DNA of 38,126 nt from Candidatus Krumholzibacteriales bacterium (lineage in GTDB: Bacteria > Krumholzibacteriota > Krumholzibacteriia > Krumholzibacteriales > WJIX01): assembly GCA_046483305.1 (NCBI GenBank), contig JAWODM010000052.1, forward strand, positions 1 to 38,126, in the 5' to 3' direction. Of this stretch, positions 19,186 to 29,276 are shown piece by piece; the first letter of the stretch is position 1, and each line of letters begins with the position of its first letter. The notes beneath the pieces were generated by a model. The model did no database searches, was not told where the DNA came from, and saw only the letters and a list, made by a program, of their open reading frames with translations. The translations under genes were made by a program, and so were the position numbers.

Positions 19186-19219
19186 GTTATCAATGTTTTT
19201 ACGAGAAAAAGGAGGATTA

Positions 19220-20002
19220 ATGGTTTACCAGCAGGTAATTCTCGAGAAAAAGGATAATCTTGCCGAAGTCACCATAAACAGAGCGGATAAACTCAATACC
19301 CTCAATATCCAGACTGTTATCGAGATGATCAATGTATTTGAGGACCTTCGAGACGACGATAATATAAGAGTAATCACACTTACCGGGGCAGGGGAAAAGG
19401 CGTTCGCGGCGGGGGCCGATATCGAGGAGCTCAAGAGGCTGGATATGCAGGAAGGAAAAGCTTTCTCCGAGAGAGGAAACCGGATGTGCAACCTGATAGA
19501 GAATCTTGGAAAGCCGGTGATAGCGGCGGTTAACGGATTCGCCCTGGGAGGGGGCTGCGAGCTGGCCATGGCCTGCACCCTGAGGATTGCATCCGAGAAG
19601 GCGAAGATGGGCCAGCCGGAGGTAAATCTGGGAACCATACCCGGATACGGGGGGACCCAGAGGATAGCCAGGCTGTTGCACCGCGGCGTCGCGATGGAGC
19701 TCCTGATTACCGGACGGGTGATCGGGGCTGAAGAAGCTCTACGGCTGGGACTGGTAAATAGAGTGGCTCCTGCTGATCAGCTGGATAAGGAAGTTGAGAA
19801 GATGGTAAACGTGCTCCTCAGCAAGCCCCCCTTCGCGGTGCGCGGATGTATCGAGGCTGTCAACAGGGGAGCAGATCTTACGCTTCACGAGGGATGCCGG
19901 ATAGAGGAAGACCTTTTCAGCATGACCTGCGGGACAGAGGATATGAAGGAGGGAATGAACGCCTTTCTGGAGAAGAGAGAGGCAGAATTCACCGGGAAGT
20001 GA
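19220..20002 (+). CDS. crt: Enoyl-CoA hydratase (crotonase)
   Basis: AGGAGG RBS before ATG 19220; KAFAAGADI, AAVNGFALGGGCELA, GQPEVNLG.IPGYGGTQR with both catalytic Glu, AFLEKR. Confidence 0.9.
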   Translation: MVYQQVILEKKDNLAEVTINRADKLNTLNIQTVIEMINVFEDLRDDDNIRVITLTGAGEKAFAAGADIEELKRLDMQEGKAFSERGNRMCNLIENLGKPVIAAVNGFALGGGCELAMACTLRIASEKAKMGQPEVNLGTIPGYGGTQRIARLLHRGVAMELLITGRVIGAEEALRLGLVNRVAPADQLDKEVEKMVNVLLSKPPFAVRGCIEAVNRGADLTLHEGCRIEEDLFSMTCGTEDMKEGMNAFLEKREAEFTGK

Positions 20003-20015
20003 AATTGGCTCGTAA

Positions 20016-20031
20016 TGGCAGGCCTCTTGCA
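20016..20031 (+). promoter_or_regulatory. Candidate sigma54 promoter upstream of tRNA-Leu-tig-clpPX-lon
   Basis: TGGCAGGCCTCTTGCA (GG-N10-GC, TTGCA). A sigma70-like TTGCGT-17-TATTGT follows at 20049-20077. Confidence 0.45.
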
Positions 20032-20158
20032 TTGTTTTGCATTGGTGATTGCGTTTTTATCCTCCAGATATTATTGTAAGGGAGAACGAATCTGTGGCTT
20101 CAGTTTGAAGTCAACAGGAAGTAATTGTCTTTTAATATCTTAAGAGCCTGGCGAAGAT

Positions 20159-20243
20159 GCGAGAGTGGCGGAACTGGCAGACGCGCTGGATTTAGGATCC
20201 AGTGAGGTATCTCGTGGGGGTTCAAATCCCCCCTCTCGCACCA
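20159..20243 (+). tRNA. tRNA-Leu (anticodon TAG), CCA encoded
   Basis: Acceptor GCGAGAG/CTCTCGC-A-CCA; anticodon arm CTGGA-TTTAGGA-TCCAG; long variable arm; T arm GGGGG-TTCAAAT-CCCCC; usual position before tig. Confidence 0.97.
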
Positions 20244-20301
20244 GAAAAAAGAAAGCTGGCTGGTAAATAACTGCCGGGCCGGATTAAATCGAGGATTGGA
20301 A

Positions 20302-21567
20302 ATGAAAGAAGAACAGATCAGAGTAGACGTTAAAAAGGAAGATAATTGCCGGCGAATACTGTCGGTGGAAGTAGATAGATATGAATATGACCGGGAGAAG
20401 GACAAGGTGACCAGATCTTTCTCAAAGGAAGTTGAGCTTCCCGGATTCAGGAAGGGAAAGGTGCCTGTAAATGTTGTAAGCGAACGGTTCCAGGAGGAGA
20501 TCAGGGCGGAAACGCTGAAATCCCTTCTTCCCCGGGCATACTCATGGGCGGTAAGCTCGGAGAATCTTCAGCCGATAGGCGATCCGACCTTCAGCGATAT
20601 AGAGGATGATGAAGGCAAACCGCTTGCCTTCAATGTGGAGATGGAAGTGGCTCCTGAGGTGGATATCTCCAATTACCAGGGAGTTGAAGTGCCGGAAGAG
20701 AAAATAGAGATAGAGGATGAAGAGATCGAGCAGGTTCTCGAGAATATGCAGGACAGGTTCGCCGATTACAGGGAAGTTGAAAGAGGAGGGGTCAGCGGCG
20801 ACCTGGTGGAAATAGATTATGTGATGCTCGATGATAAGGGAGAGGAAATAGAGGAAAGGCGGGTAAAGAATTATCCGGTTCAGCTGGGAACCGGCCAGAT
20901 ACTGTCTGATATAGAAGAAGGGATAATCAATCTGGAGCCTGGCAGGACCACGGATATCGAGGTTGATTATCCGGAAGATTATAAACCGGAGGAATTTGCC
21001 GGAAGGAAGATAAGCTACCGTTGCACTGTTAATAACGTCAAGGAGAAACACCTCCTTCCTCTCGATGATGAGTTCGCCTCGAAAATAGATGAGAAATTCG
21101 GCAGTATGAAAGAGCTCCGGGAGGATATCAGAGAGAAACTGATGGAACAGAAAAAGAGCCAGGCTGAAGAAAAGAGAAGAGAACAGGCCATGGATGTGCT
21201 GATTTCTGATAATCCCTTCGAGATACCCGGCTCAATGGTGGAGAGCTACAAGAACATACTTAAACAGAATGCCGAGAAGAGGGGACAGAGAATAGAGGGC
21301 GATGAGATCGAAAAGCAGCTGGATGATTTTTCCTTGAGGAGCATCAGGCGTTATTACATTATAGATTACATCGCCGGGCAGGAAGGGGTGGAGGTTACCG
21401 ACGAGGAAGTCGAGGAAGAAATTGCTTCCATTACCGCCGGAAGGCCGGAGTCCGATCAGGACATGAGCGAGATCTTCAAGAAAGGGAGCGAGCCTTATAA
21501 AAACCTGAAGGCTAAGATTTTCGAAGACAAGGTGTTCGAGATAATTCTCGGAGAGCAGAAAGAATAA
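20302..21567 (+). CDS. tig: Trigger factor
   Basis: PGFRKGKVP ribosome-binding motif, FKBP-like middle domain, synteny with clpP/clpX. Confidence 0.95.
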   Translation: MKEEQIRVDVKKEDNCRRILSVEVDRYEYDREKDKVTRSFSKEVELPGFRKGKVPVNVVSERFQEEIRAETLKSLLPRAYSWAVSSENLQPIGDPTFSDIEDDEGKPLAFNVEMEVAPEVDISNYQGVEVPEEKIEIEDEEIEQVLENMQDRFADYREVERGGVSGDLVEIDYVMLDDKGEEIEERRVKNYPVQLGTGQILSDIEEGIINLEPGRTTDIEVDYPEDYKPEEFAGRKISYRCTVNNVKEKHLLPLDDEFASKIDEKFGSMKELREDIREKLMEQKKSQAEEKRREQAMDVLISDNPFEIPGSMVESYKNILKQNAEKRGQRIEGDEIEKQLDDFSLRSIRRYYIIDYIAGQEGVEVTDEEVEEEIASITAGRPESDQDMSEIFKKGSEPYKNLKAKIFEDKVFEIILGEQKE

Positions 21568-21579
21568 AGGAGCTGCCAG

Positions 21580-22182
21580 ATGAGTGAAATCAGAAATATT
21601 CCGATCCCTTACGTTATAGAGACCAAGGGCAGGGAGGAGAGAGCTTATGATATATATTCCCGCCTTCTGAAGGACAGAATTGTCTTTATCGGACAGCCGG
21701 TCGATGATAATATGTCTAATTCGATCATCGCCCAGCTTCTGTTTCTGGAAGCCGAGGACCCCGAAAGGGATATATTCGCCTATATAAACTGCCCCGGGGG
21801 GGTAGTATCAGCGGGGCTGGCCATCTACGATACGATGCAGTACATCTCCTGCGATATCTCCACTATCTGCATGGGGCAGGCAGCCAGTATGGGAGCGGTC
21901 CTTCTGGCAGCCGGGTCAGCGGGCAAGAGGTCCGCTCTTCCGCATGCCAGGGTTATGATTCATCAGCCCTCCGGGGGTTCCCAGGGCCAGGCCTCTCAGA
22001 TTGAGATATATACCAACGAGATACTGAGGCTTAAAGACCGGCTCAACCATATTCTGGCTGAACATACCGGGCAGAAGTTGAAGAGGATAGAAAAGGACAC
22101 CGACAGGGATTTCTTCATGAGCGCGGAAGAAGCAATGGAGTATGGAGTTATAGACAAGGTGCTGACCAACAAAAAGGAATAA
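21580..22182 (+). CDS. clpP: ATP-dependent Clp protease proteolytic subunit
   Basis: [25 protein letters not shown] (Ser), MIHQP (His), DTDRDFFM. Confidence 0.98.
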   Translation: MSEIRNIPIPYVIETKGREERAYDIYSRLLKDRIVFIGQPVDDNMSNSIIAQLLFLEAEDPERDIFAYINCPGGVVSAGLAIYDTMQYISCDISTICMGQAASMGAVLLAAGSAGKRSALPHARVMIHQPSGGSQGQASQIEIYTNEILRLKDRLNHILAEHTGQKLKRIEKDTDRDFFMSAEEAMEYGVIDKVLTNKKE

Positions 22183-22253
22183 TAATAGAACTTATTGGTG
22201 TTTTGCTGGTATAATAAGTTAGTGACTATAAATAGAAGGGAGGGTGGTTAGAG

Positions 22254-23504
22254 GTGAAGAAAGACGACAAGATGCCCAGTTCGATTAAGTGCTCTTTCTG
22301 CGGACGGGGACAGGACGAAATAGCAAAACTTGTTTCAGGGCCGTCGGTCTATATATGCAACGAATGCATAAGGCTCTGTAATGACATACTAGAGGAGGAA
22401 TTGGTAGAATCGGTATTCCATGACCATGGCCATTTCCCCAATCCCGAGGAGATAAAGCAGAATCTTGATTCCTATGTGATAGGACAGGATGATGCCAAGA
22501 AGGCTCTTGCTGTAGCCGTATACAATCACTACAAGAGGATTCAGCACGAGAAGTCAACCGATGACGTTGAAATAGAAAAAAGCAATATTCTGATGATAGG
22601 CCCGCCGGGAGTGGGAAAGACCCTTCTGGCTCAGACCCTGGCCAGATTCCTGAAGGTTCCATTCGCCATCGCCGATGCTACCAGCCTGACTGAAGCCGGG
22701 TACGTAGGCGAGGACGTGGAGAATATCCTGGTTCGTCTGCTCCAGAGCGCCGATTACAACCTGATGACCTCGGAGAGGGGTATCATCTATGTGGACGAGC
22801 TGGATAAGATAGCCAGAAAGAGCGAGAACCCCTCCATTACAAGGGATGTCTCCGGCGAGGGAGTTCAGCAGGCTCTGCTGAAGCTTCTGGAAGGCACCGT
22901 GGCCAATGTTCCGCCTCAGGGAGGAAGGAAACACCCCCAGCAGAAGTTTGTGGAGATAGACACCAAGAAGATACTGTTCGTCTGCGGGGGAGCTTTCCAG
23001 GGGCTGGAAGAGATAGTGGAGAGAAGAATAGGAAGAAAGGTTGTAGGGTTCGGAGCCGACCGCGGGCCGGATTATAAGAAACAGATCAATGAGATCATGA
23101 CTCATGTCCAGCCGGAAGACCTTATCAGGTACGGTATCATACCGGAGCTGGTAGGGAGGCTTCCGATAATTACAACTCTGAAGGATTTGGACAAGAAGTC
23201 TCTGATCGATATAATGCTGAAACCGAGGAACGCTCTGGTCAAGCAGTATCAGAAACTGTTCGAAATGGAGGGCGCGGAGCTGGAGTTCACCGAGGAGGCC
23301 CTTGATTCAATTGCCGACCTGACTACCAAGCGAAAGACCGGGGCGAGAGGTTTGAGGGCGATTATTGAAGACATTATGCTGCAGGTCATGTTTGACCTTC
23401 CGTCCCGCGAAAATGTAAAGAAGGTTCTGATTACCAGCGATGCGGTGGAGAAGAAGGGCGAACCTGAGATTACTCTCGCAGAGGACAGCAAGAAGAGGGC
23501 ATAA
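22254..23504 (+). CDS. clpX: ATP-dependent Clp protease ATP-binding subunit
   Basis: CSFCG..ICNEC zinc finger, [37 protein letters not shown]. Confidence 0.98.
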   Translation: MKKDDKMPSSIKCSFCGRGQDEIAKLVSGPSVYICNECIRLCNDILEEELVESVFHDHGHFPNPEEIKQNLDSYVIGQDDAKKALAVAVYNHYKRIQHEKSTDDVEIEKSNILMIGPPGVGKTLLAQTLARFLKVPFAIADATSLTEAGYVGEDVENILVRLLQSADYNLMTSERGIIYVDELDKIARKSENPSITRDVSGEGVQQALLKLLEGTVANVPPQGGRKHPQQKFVEIDTKKILFVCGGAFQGLEEIVERRIGRKVVGFGADRGPDYKKQINEIMTHVQPEDLIRYGIIPELVGRLPIITTLKDLDKKSLIDIMLKPRNALVKQYQKLFEMEGAELEFTEEALDSIADLTTKRKTGARGLRAIIEDIMLQVMFDLPSRENVKKVLITSDAVEKKGEPEITLAEDSKKRA

Positions 23505-23549
23505 CGGCAGTTCATCCAGTATTTCCCTGTTTACTGAAAAGATGAAAAT

Positions 23550-25961
23550 ATGAATGAAGAGATTAATAAGATAATGGATAATCCGGATGCCGAATTTCCG
23601 GTGGTGCCGCTGAGGGATGTGGTTATATTCCCGTCCATGGCCACCGCCATTCTGGTAGGGCGCCAGCCCTCCATTAATGCGGTGGAGCAGGCGATAGAGA
23701 CCAACAAGCTTCTCCTGGTTATAACCCAGAAAGACCCGCTGATTGACGAGCCTGAGTTCGATGACCTCTACGAGGTCGGGACTCTGGTCAGGATAGGAGT
23801 ATTTTTCCGGCTTCCCGACGGCACCATCAAGGTGATGCTGGAGGGTCTGAGCAGAGGAATGGTCAGCAGTTTTATCGAAAGAGACAATTACCTGGCTGCC
23901 TCGGTTCAGCCGATCCGGGAGATTGAGGACCGGACCAAGGAGCTGAAGGCGCTCAGCAGAAAAGTGGAAAATCTGTTTACCGATTATATCAAGATGAGCG
24001 ACCGGATTCCCAATGAGGTTATATTCGCGCTGAAAACGGTTGAGGATACCGCCACCCTGAGCGATACCATATCCAGCCATCTGATGATAGAAAATAAAAA
24101 ACAGCAGCAGCTTCTCAGCATGGGAAACGTCAACGAGCGGCTGTTGCTGCTAAATCAGATTATCCAGGAAGAGCTGGAGATGCTCCAGCTTGAGAAGGGG
24201 ATAGACGAGAAGGTTAACGAGAGAGTCAAGAAGAGCCAGAAGGAGCTTTTCCTCCATGAGAAGATGAAGGTGATAAAGAACGAGCTGGGCGACAAGGAAG
24301 GCTACAGCGAGTTCGAGGAGATAGAAAAGAAAATAATGGAAGCCCAGATGAGCGAGGAGGGTGAGAAGATTGCCCTTAAGGAACTGGAGAGGCTCAGGCT
24401 GATGTCGCCGATGACTCCGGAAGCGACAGTGGTCCGGAATTACATAGACACCATGACCTCTCTTCCCTGGAACAGCAGGACTGAAGACAATCTGGATATA
24501 AAGAAGGTGAAGGAGAAGCTGGATGCAGATCACTACGGCCTCAAACAGGTTAAGGAAAGGATACTGGAGTTCCTCTCGGTAGTTAAACTCACCAGGGAGG
24601 TCAAGGGAACTATCCTCTGTTTCGTGGGTCCACCCGGCGTGGGGAAGACTTCTCTGGGCAAGTCCATAGCCAACGCGGTGGGAAGGAAGTTTGTGCGCCT
24701 CTCTCTGGGAGGGACCAGGGATGAAGCGGAGATCAGGGGACACCGCAGAACCTATATCGGTTCCAGGCCCGGCCGTATTATTCAGATGCTCAGAAAAACA
24801 GAAACCAAGAATCCGGTGATAATGCTGGATGAAGTGGATAAGCTGAGCGCGGATTTCAGGGGAGACCCTGCGTCCGCGCTCCTGGAAGTGCTGGACCCGG
24901 AACAGAATGAGAATTTCACCGACAACTACCTGGAAGTGGAGTTCGATGTCAGCGAGGTAATGTTTATAACCACCGCCAATGTCCTGCACACCATCCCGCC
25001 GGCTCTGCGGGACAGAATGGAGATTATCAGGCTTCCGGGGTACCTCGAACACGAGAAGATTGAGATCGGAAAGAGATTTCTCCTCAAGAAACAGCTGCGG
25101 CAGAACGGGATCAGCAGCAAGCAGATGAAGATCACCCATGCCGCTATCCGCGATATAATACGCCACTACACCAGAGAGAGCGGAGTGAGGGAACTGGAAA
25201 GAAAGATAGAGGAGATCTGCCGGAAGGTAGCCAGGAAAATAGCCGAGGGCGACAGCCCCGGCACAATTAAGGTCAAGAAGAGCAATCTGAAAGACTATCT
25301 GGGCGTTCCCAAGTACCAGGACAGTGAAATAGACGAGGACCTGACTGTGGGTATTGCAACCGGTCTGGCCTGGACAGAGGCGGGAGGGGAAATACTGAAT
25401 ATCGGTGTTACCCTGATGCCCGGGAAGGGAGAGCTGATACTTACCGGGCAGCTTGGCGAGGTGATGCAGGAATCCGCTAAGATAGCTCTCAGTTACGCCA
25501 GGAACAAGGCCAGACTGCTGGACCTTGATCATGATTTCTTCTCTTCGGTGGACCTTCACGTGCATGTACCGGCGGGAGCTATACCCAAGGACGGGCCCAG
25601 CGCGGGAGTTTCCATGGCAACCGCCATGATATCGGCCTTCTTTGATATACCGGTGAGCCGAAGGGTTGGCATGACCGGAGAGATCACTCTCCGGGGCAAG
25701 GTACTCCCGGTGGGCGGAATCAAGGAGAAATCAGTCGCAGCTCTGAGGGCGGGAGTGACCAGACTTCTTCTTCCCGGGGGTAACGAGAAGAACATCACCG
25801 AACTTCCGGACGAAGTTAAGGATAATATAGAAATAGTGGTGGTCAGCAATATAGAGGATGTATTGAAGGAGGCGCTTTCCCGGGACCTCTCCTATGGTAT
25901 AAGGAAAAGGCGTAAGATAGGGGGGCTGTTCAACAGCAACAGTCCGAAATCAGCAAATTGA
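23550..25961 (+). CDS. lon: Lon (La) protease
   Basis: [48 protein letters not shown]. Confidence 0.98.
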   Translation: MNEEINKIMDNPDAEFPVVPLRDVVIFPSMATAILVGRQPSINAVEQAIETNKLLLVITQKDPLIDEPEFDDLYEVGTLVRIGVFFRLPDGTIKVMLEGLSRGMVSSFIERDNYLAASVQPIREIEDRTKELKALSRKVENLFTDYIKMSDRIPNEVIFALKTVEDTATLSDTISSHLMIENKKQQQLLSMGNVNERLLLLNQIIQEELEMLQLEKGIDEKVNERVKKSQKELFLHEKMKVIKNELGDKEGYSEFEEIEKKIMEAQMSEEGEKIALKELERLRLMSPMTPEATVVRNYIDTMTSLPWNSRTEDNLDIKKVKEKLDADHYGLKQVKERILEFLSVVKLTREVKGTILCFVGPPGVGKTSLGKSIANAVGRKFVRLSLGGTRDEAEIRGHRRTYIGSRPGRIIQMLRKTETKNPVIMLDEVDKLSADFRGDPASALLEVLDPEQNENFTDNYLEVEFDVSEVMFITTANVLHTIPPALRDRMEIIRLPGYLEHEKIEIGKRFLLKKQLRQNGISSKQMKITHAAIRDIIRHYTRESGVRELERKIEEICRKVARKIAEGDSPGTIKVKKSNLKDYLGVPKYQDSEIDEDLTVGIATGLAWTEAGGEILNIGVTLMPGKGELILTGQLGEVMQESAKIALSYARNKARLLDLDHDFFSSVDLHVHVPAGAIPKDGPSAGVSMATAMISAFFDIPVSRRVGMTGEITLRGKVLPVGGIKEKSVAALRAGVTRLLLPGGNEKNITELPDEVKDNIEIVVVSNIEDVLKEALSRDLSYGIRKRRKIGGLFNSNSPKSAN

Positions 25962-25992
25962 CAGCAGTTTTCCCCGGACAGAGAAAAAATGT

Positions 25993-27138
25993 ATGAATGA
26001 GCACAAACGAACTGTGGTTCTGACCCCGGGCCCGGTACATCTGTATCCCTCGGTTATAAAAGCTGTAGAGCCTGCACATCACCGGACCTCCGGGTTCAGG
26101 GAGCTGGTAAAGGGGCTTGAACACTCCCTAAAGCAGCTTCTGCGGACTGTCAATCCCGTATATATGATAACATCATCCGGTACCGGGGCGATGGAAGCCG
26201 CAATTGCCAATGTGACCTCTCCCGGAACCAGAGTGCTGGTAATTGAGGGCGGCAAATTCGGGAAACGATGGGAGGAACTGGGCAGGGTCTACCTCTGTGA
26301 TGTTGAAACGATGAGTTTCCCTCCCGGTTCACCCTTTGGTATAGACGCCATTCTGGAAATTATCGAAAGAGTCAATCCTGAAGTTATCGCGCTTAACCAT
26401 GTGGAATCCTCTACCGGCGCTCTTTTCCCCCTGGGGGAATTCTGCAGCAGGCTCCCGGAAGAGAGGCCGGTCCTGGTAGTGGACGCTATCGCATCGCTGG
26501 GAGTGGAAGAGCTGGAGATGGACTCGTGGGGGATCGACCTGGTGGTTTCAGCAGGACAGAAAGCTCTGGGCGCGCCTCCAGGGATCAGTTTTATATCAAT
26601 GAGCGAGAGAGCAAGAGAGATTTCCCAGAAATGCTCCCGGCCTCTTTATTACTTTTCAGCTCCCCGCTACCATGAGAGCTGTATGGAGGGGGACACCCCC
26701 TTTACTCCCGCAATCCAGACGTTCCAGATACTCAAATACTCTCTGGATTCCCAGAAGATGGCCGGCTGGGAAAAGATGAAGCAAAGGCATAGAAGGTCGT
26801 CGCTTGCGGTGACCTCCGCTTTCCAGGCATTGGGGATGAGCCGCCTGGCTCAACGCCCCTCATCATCTGTTCAGGCAATGAAAACTCCCGCAGGTTGCGA
26901 CAGTTCAGAACTGATTGAAAAACTGAGCGACAGGTACGGAGTGGTGATAGCGGGAGGTCAGGGCGAGCTGAAAGGAAAGATTATAAGAACCGGCTACACT
27001 GGACTTTACAGCGGCGATACGCTGACGCTTGCAGTAAGGGCTGTGGGGGAGCTTCTTGTTTCGGATGGATTCGACGCTGATATCGAAAGGGCGCTGGCCA
27101 GCATGAAGCCTCTGAAGAGCCAGAAAGATATATTCTGA
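25993..27138 (+). CDS. Class V PLP aminotransferase (alanine-glyoxylate/serine-pyruvate family)
   Basis: LTPGP, SSGTGAMEAA, GKFG.RW, HVESSTG, VDAIASLG, GQKALGAPPG, IAGGQG. Confidence 0.9.
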   Translation: MNEHKRTVVLTPGPVHLYPSVIKAVEPAHHRTSGFRELVKGLEHSLKQLLRTVNPVYMITSSGTGAMEAAIANVTSPGTRVLVIEGGKFGKRWEELGRVYLCDVETMSFPPGSPFGIDAILEIIERVNPEVIALNHVESSTGALFPLGEFCSRLPEERPVLVVDAIASLGVEELEMDSWGIDLVVSAGQKALGAPPGISFISMSERAREISQKCSRPLYYFSAPRYHESCMEGDTPFTPAIQTFQILKYSLDSQKMAGWEKMKQRHRRSSLAVTSAFQALGMSRLAQRPSSSVQAMKTPAGCDSSELIEKLSDRYGVVIAGGQGELKGKIIRTGYTGLYSGDTLTLAVRAVGELLVSDGFDADIERALASMKPLKSQKDIF

Positions 27139-27184
27139 AGATTCGGGAACCTTATAGATACTTGTTTTTATAATATCATAGAGC

Positions 27185-27213
27185 TTGACAGTACTGCTGT
27201 ATGGTGCTAAAAT
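27185..27213 (+). promoter_or_regulatory. Near-consensus sigma70 promoter with extended -10
   Basis: TTGACA(27185-90)-17 bp-TAAAAT(27208-13), TG at 27205-06. Confidence 0.7.
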
Positions 27214-27232
27214 TAGGATGGAGGTGGTATAT

Positions 27233-27643
27233 TTGCGTCCAGCTGTACCTGTGCGTAGAGTACTGATGATATTAGCGATCTCGGTCGCCTGCATGTATGG
27301 AACCCTGTCAGGTACCGAGACATTCATGAATATTCTTCCCGTATTCGAGGAAGCCAGGTGCAGTATATGCCATCAAAGCTCCCAGCCAACAGCCTCAGAT
27401 TATACTCTAAACTCCTTCGGTTCGGATTTCATGGCTAACGGCAATCAGTGGAACGGCACCCTTGCCGAGAAGGATTCAGACCAGGACGGTTACAGCAACG
27501 GTGACGAACTGGGCGACCCCGACGGCGACGGAGAAACCGACGTAAACTACATAAGGTCAAACCCCGGAAACCCTGACGACAAACCCAGCTCCATAGATGA
27601 AAAGACCTGGGGTGTTATAAAACAGCTGTTTGCTGATAGATAA
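27233..27643 (+). CDS. Small exported protein with CxxCH, acidic DxDxDG motifs (temptin-like) and TWGxIKxLF tail
   Basis: GGAGGTGG RBS before TTG 27233; hydrophobic signal; CSICH; LNSFGSDF..W..LAEKDSDQDGYSNGDELGDPDGDG; ends DEKTWGVIKQLFADR. Confidence 0.75.
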   Translation: MRPAVPVRRVLMILAISVACMYGTLSGTETFMNILPVFEEARCSICHQSSQPTASDYTLNSFGSDFMANGNQWNGTLAEKDSDQDGYSNGDELGDPDGDGETDVNYIRSNPGNPDDKPSSIDEKTWGVIKQLFADR

Positions 27644-27742
27644 AGCGGTTCTTCTTCCTTCCGGATAATCTACCCCTGAAACAATAAGGTTTCCCTGACG
27701 TATTCAAACAGGCCTTAACTGAAAATTAAGGAAATAAATAAT

Positions 27743-27771
27743 TTGCATACCTGAATTATTTAACATAGACT
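27743..27771 (+). promoter_or_regulatory. Putative sigma70 promoter of purA
   Basis: TTGCAT-17 bp-TAGACT. Confidence 0.5.
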
Positions 27772-27809
27772 GTTTATGGTTAAAATCTATTAGTAATAGA
27801 GGAGGGGTA

Positions 27810-29084
27810 ATGCCTGCATCAGTAATTATCGGGGGACAGTGGGGAGATGAGGGAAAAGCGAAGATAGTTGATTTTCTTATGTCTGACCACGACGTGGTGG
27901 TCCGATATCAGGGGGGCGCCAACGCCGGGCACACAGTGGTGAAAGACGGGGCCAGATTCGCTTTTCATCAGATCCCCTCGGGGCTTCTGTATTCTCACAC
28001 CACAGGGGTCCTTGGGAACGGAATGGTAATCGATCCCTTCTCATTCCTGAAAGAACTGGAGGAGATAGTCTCCCAGGGAATAAACGTTGAGGGCAGGCTG
28101 TTTATAAGTTCCGCCGCGCAGGTGGTAATGCCCTATCACAGTATTTTCGACAACCTGAGAGAAAGCGACCGTAAGGAAATGAAAATCGGAAGCACCGGCA
28201 AAGGTATCGGTCCGGCTTATACGGACAAGCATGCCAGGTCCGGGATGAGGATGGGAGACTTCCTTCTGGAGAAAGAGGAGCTTTTCTCCACGGTCGTTAA
28301 GCTGGTAAAGGAAGCCAACAGGGAAATGGCTATCTATAAGGCCCCTGAACTTTCCCCCAAAAAAGTGGCAGCTGATTTTATCAATATAAGGGATGTAATG
28401 GGGCATTTCATCCGGGATACCCAGACAATGCTCTCTGAGCTCAGAAAACAGGGCAGCCGTTTCATGCTGGAGGGGGCGCAGGGAACCCTTCTGGATATTG
28501 ATCACGGCACTTACCCGTTTGTTACCAGCAGTAACAGCTCAGTAGGCGGAGCGATCAGCGGATCGGGGCTTCCCCCATCAATGCTGGAAAGAGTAATAGG
28601 GATATACAAGGCCTATGTGACCAGGGTGGGAAGAGGGCCGTTCCCCACCGAACTCCAGGACCAGTACGGGGAAAAACTGAGGACCAGGGGAAACGAGTTT
28701 GGAACCACCACCGGGCGCCCCAGAAGGTGCGGCTGGTTTGATCTGGTAGCTGCCAGATACGCAAATAATATCAATGATTTCTCGGAAATCGCCCTGACCA
28801 AGCTGGACGTTCTCAGCGGACTGGAAAAGATAAGGATTTGCACTGCCTACCAGGTTGACGGAGAACGGATAAAGCATTTCCCCACCTCCGCGCCTGTACT
28901 GGAAAAATGCAAGCCGGTATACATGGAGATGCCCGGATGGGATGAGCAGGAGTTAGGCGGAAGCTATGAACAGCTCCCCGTTAATGCCCGGAGCTTTGTA
29001 GAAAAGATAGAAGAAGAGCTGGAGACCAGGATTTCGTTCATTTCCACCGGGCCGGGAAGAAAAGAAACTATAATAAGGGATTAA
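27810..29084 (+). CDS. purA: Adenylosuccinate synthetase
   Basis: GGQWGDEGK, GGANAGHT, GIGPAY.DK, EGAQG.LLDIDHGTYPFVTSS, GTTTGRPRRCGW, TKLDVL. Confidence 0.98.
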   Translation: MPASVIIGGQWGDEGKAKIVDFLMSDHDVVVRYQGGANAGHTVVKDGARFAFHQIPSGLLYSHTTGVLGNGMVIDPFSFLKELEEIVSQGINVEGRLFISSAAQVVMPYHSIFDNLRESDRKEMKIGSTGKGIGPAYTDKHARSGMRMGDFLLEKEELFSTVVKLVKEANREMAIYKAPELSPKKVAADFINIRDVMGHFIRDTQTMLSELRKQGSRFMLEGAQGTLLDIDHGTYPFVTSSNSSVGGAISGSGLPPSMLERVIGIYKAYVTRVGRGPFPTELQDQYGEKLRTRGNEFGTTTGRPRRCGWFDLVAARYANNINDFSEIALTKLDVLSGLEKIRICTAYQVDGERIKHFPTSAPVLEKCKPVYMEMPGWDEQELGGSYEQLPVNARSFVEKIEEELETRISFISTGPGRKETIIRD

Positions 29085-29134
29085 TCCGCACCGGCTGTTA
29101 CCGGCATATATTAACGGACAACGGATAAAAGAAT

Positions 29135-29163
29135 TTGACAGAAATGCAGAGTATTATTAACTT
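29135..29163 (+). promoter_or_regulatory. Putative sigma70 promoter of tRNA-Lys
   Basis: TTGACA-17 bp-TAACTT. Confidence 0.5.
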
Positions 29164-29203
29164 GTATCATCTGTAAAGAGTATTAAAATTCAAATAGATT
29201 ACG

Positions 29204-29276
29204 GGGCCGCTAGCTCATCAGGAAGAGCACCTGCCTTTTAAGCAGGTGGTGCCAGGTTCGAGTCCTGGGCGGCCCA
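29204..29276 (+). tRNA. tRNA-Lys (anticodon TTT), CCA not encoded
   Basis: Acceptor GGGCCGC/GCGGCCC-A; D arm GCTC/GAGC; anticodon arm CCTGC-CTTTTAA-GCAGG; T arm CCAGG-TTCGAGT-CCTGG. Confidence 0.96.

Noticed and set aside
18998..19219. N-terminal extension of the crotonase in the ORF track
   Set aside because: It overlaps the divergent gene and its promoter region; a strong AGGAGG RBS supports ATG 19220.
20100..20405. 101-aa minus ORF containing WCERGDLNPH
   Set aside because: This is the antisense translation of tRNA-Leu.
24150..25565. Long antisense ORFs (471 aa here; also 6433-7521, 3476-4210, 9581-10321, 23307-24080 and others)
   Set aside because: They are shadows of well-conserved genes on the opposite strand, expected from codon bias, and carry no motifs.
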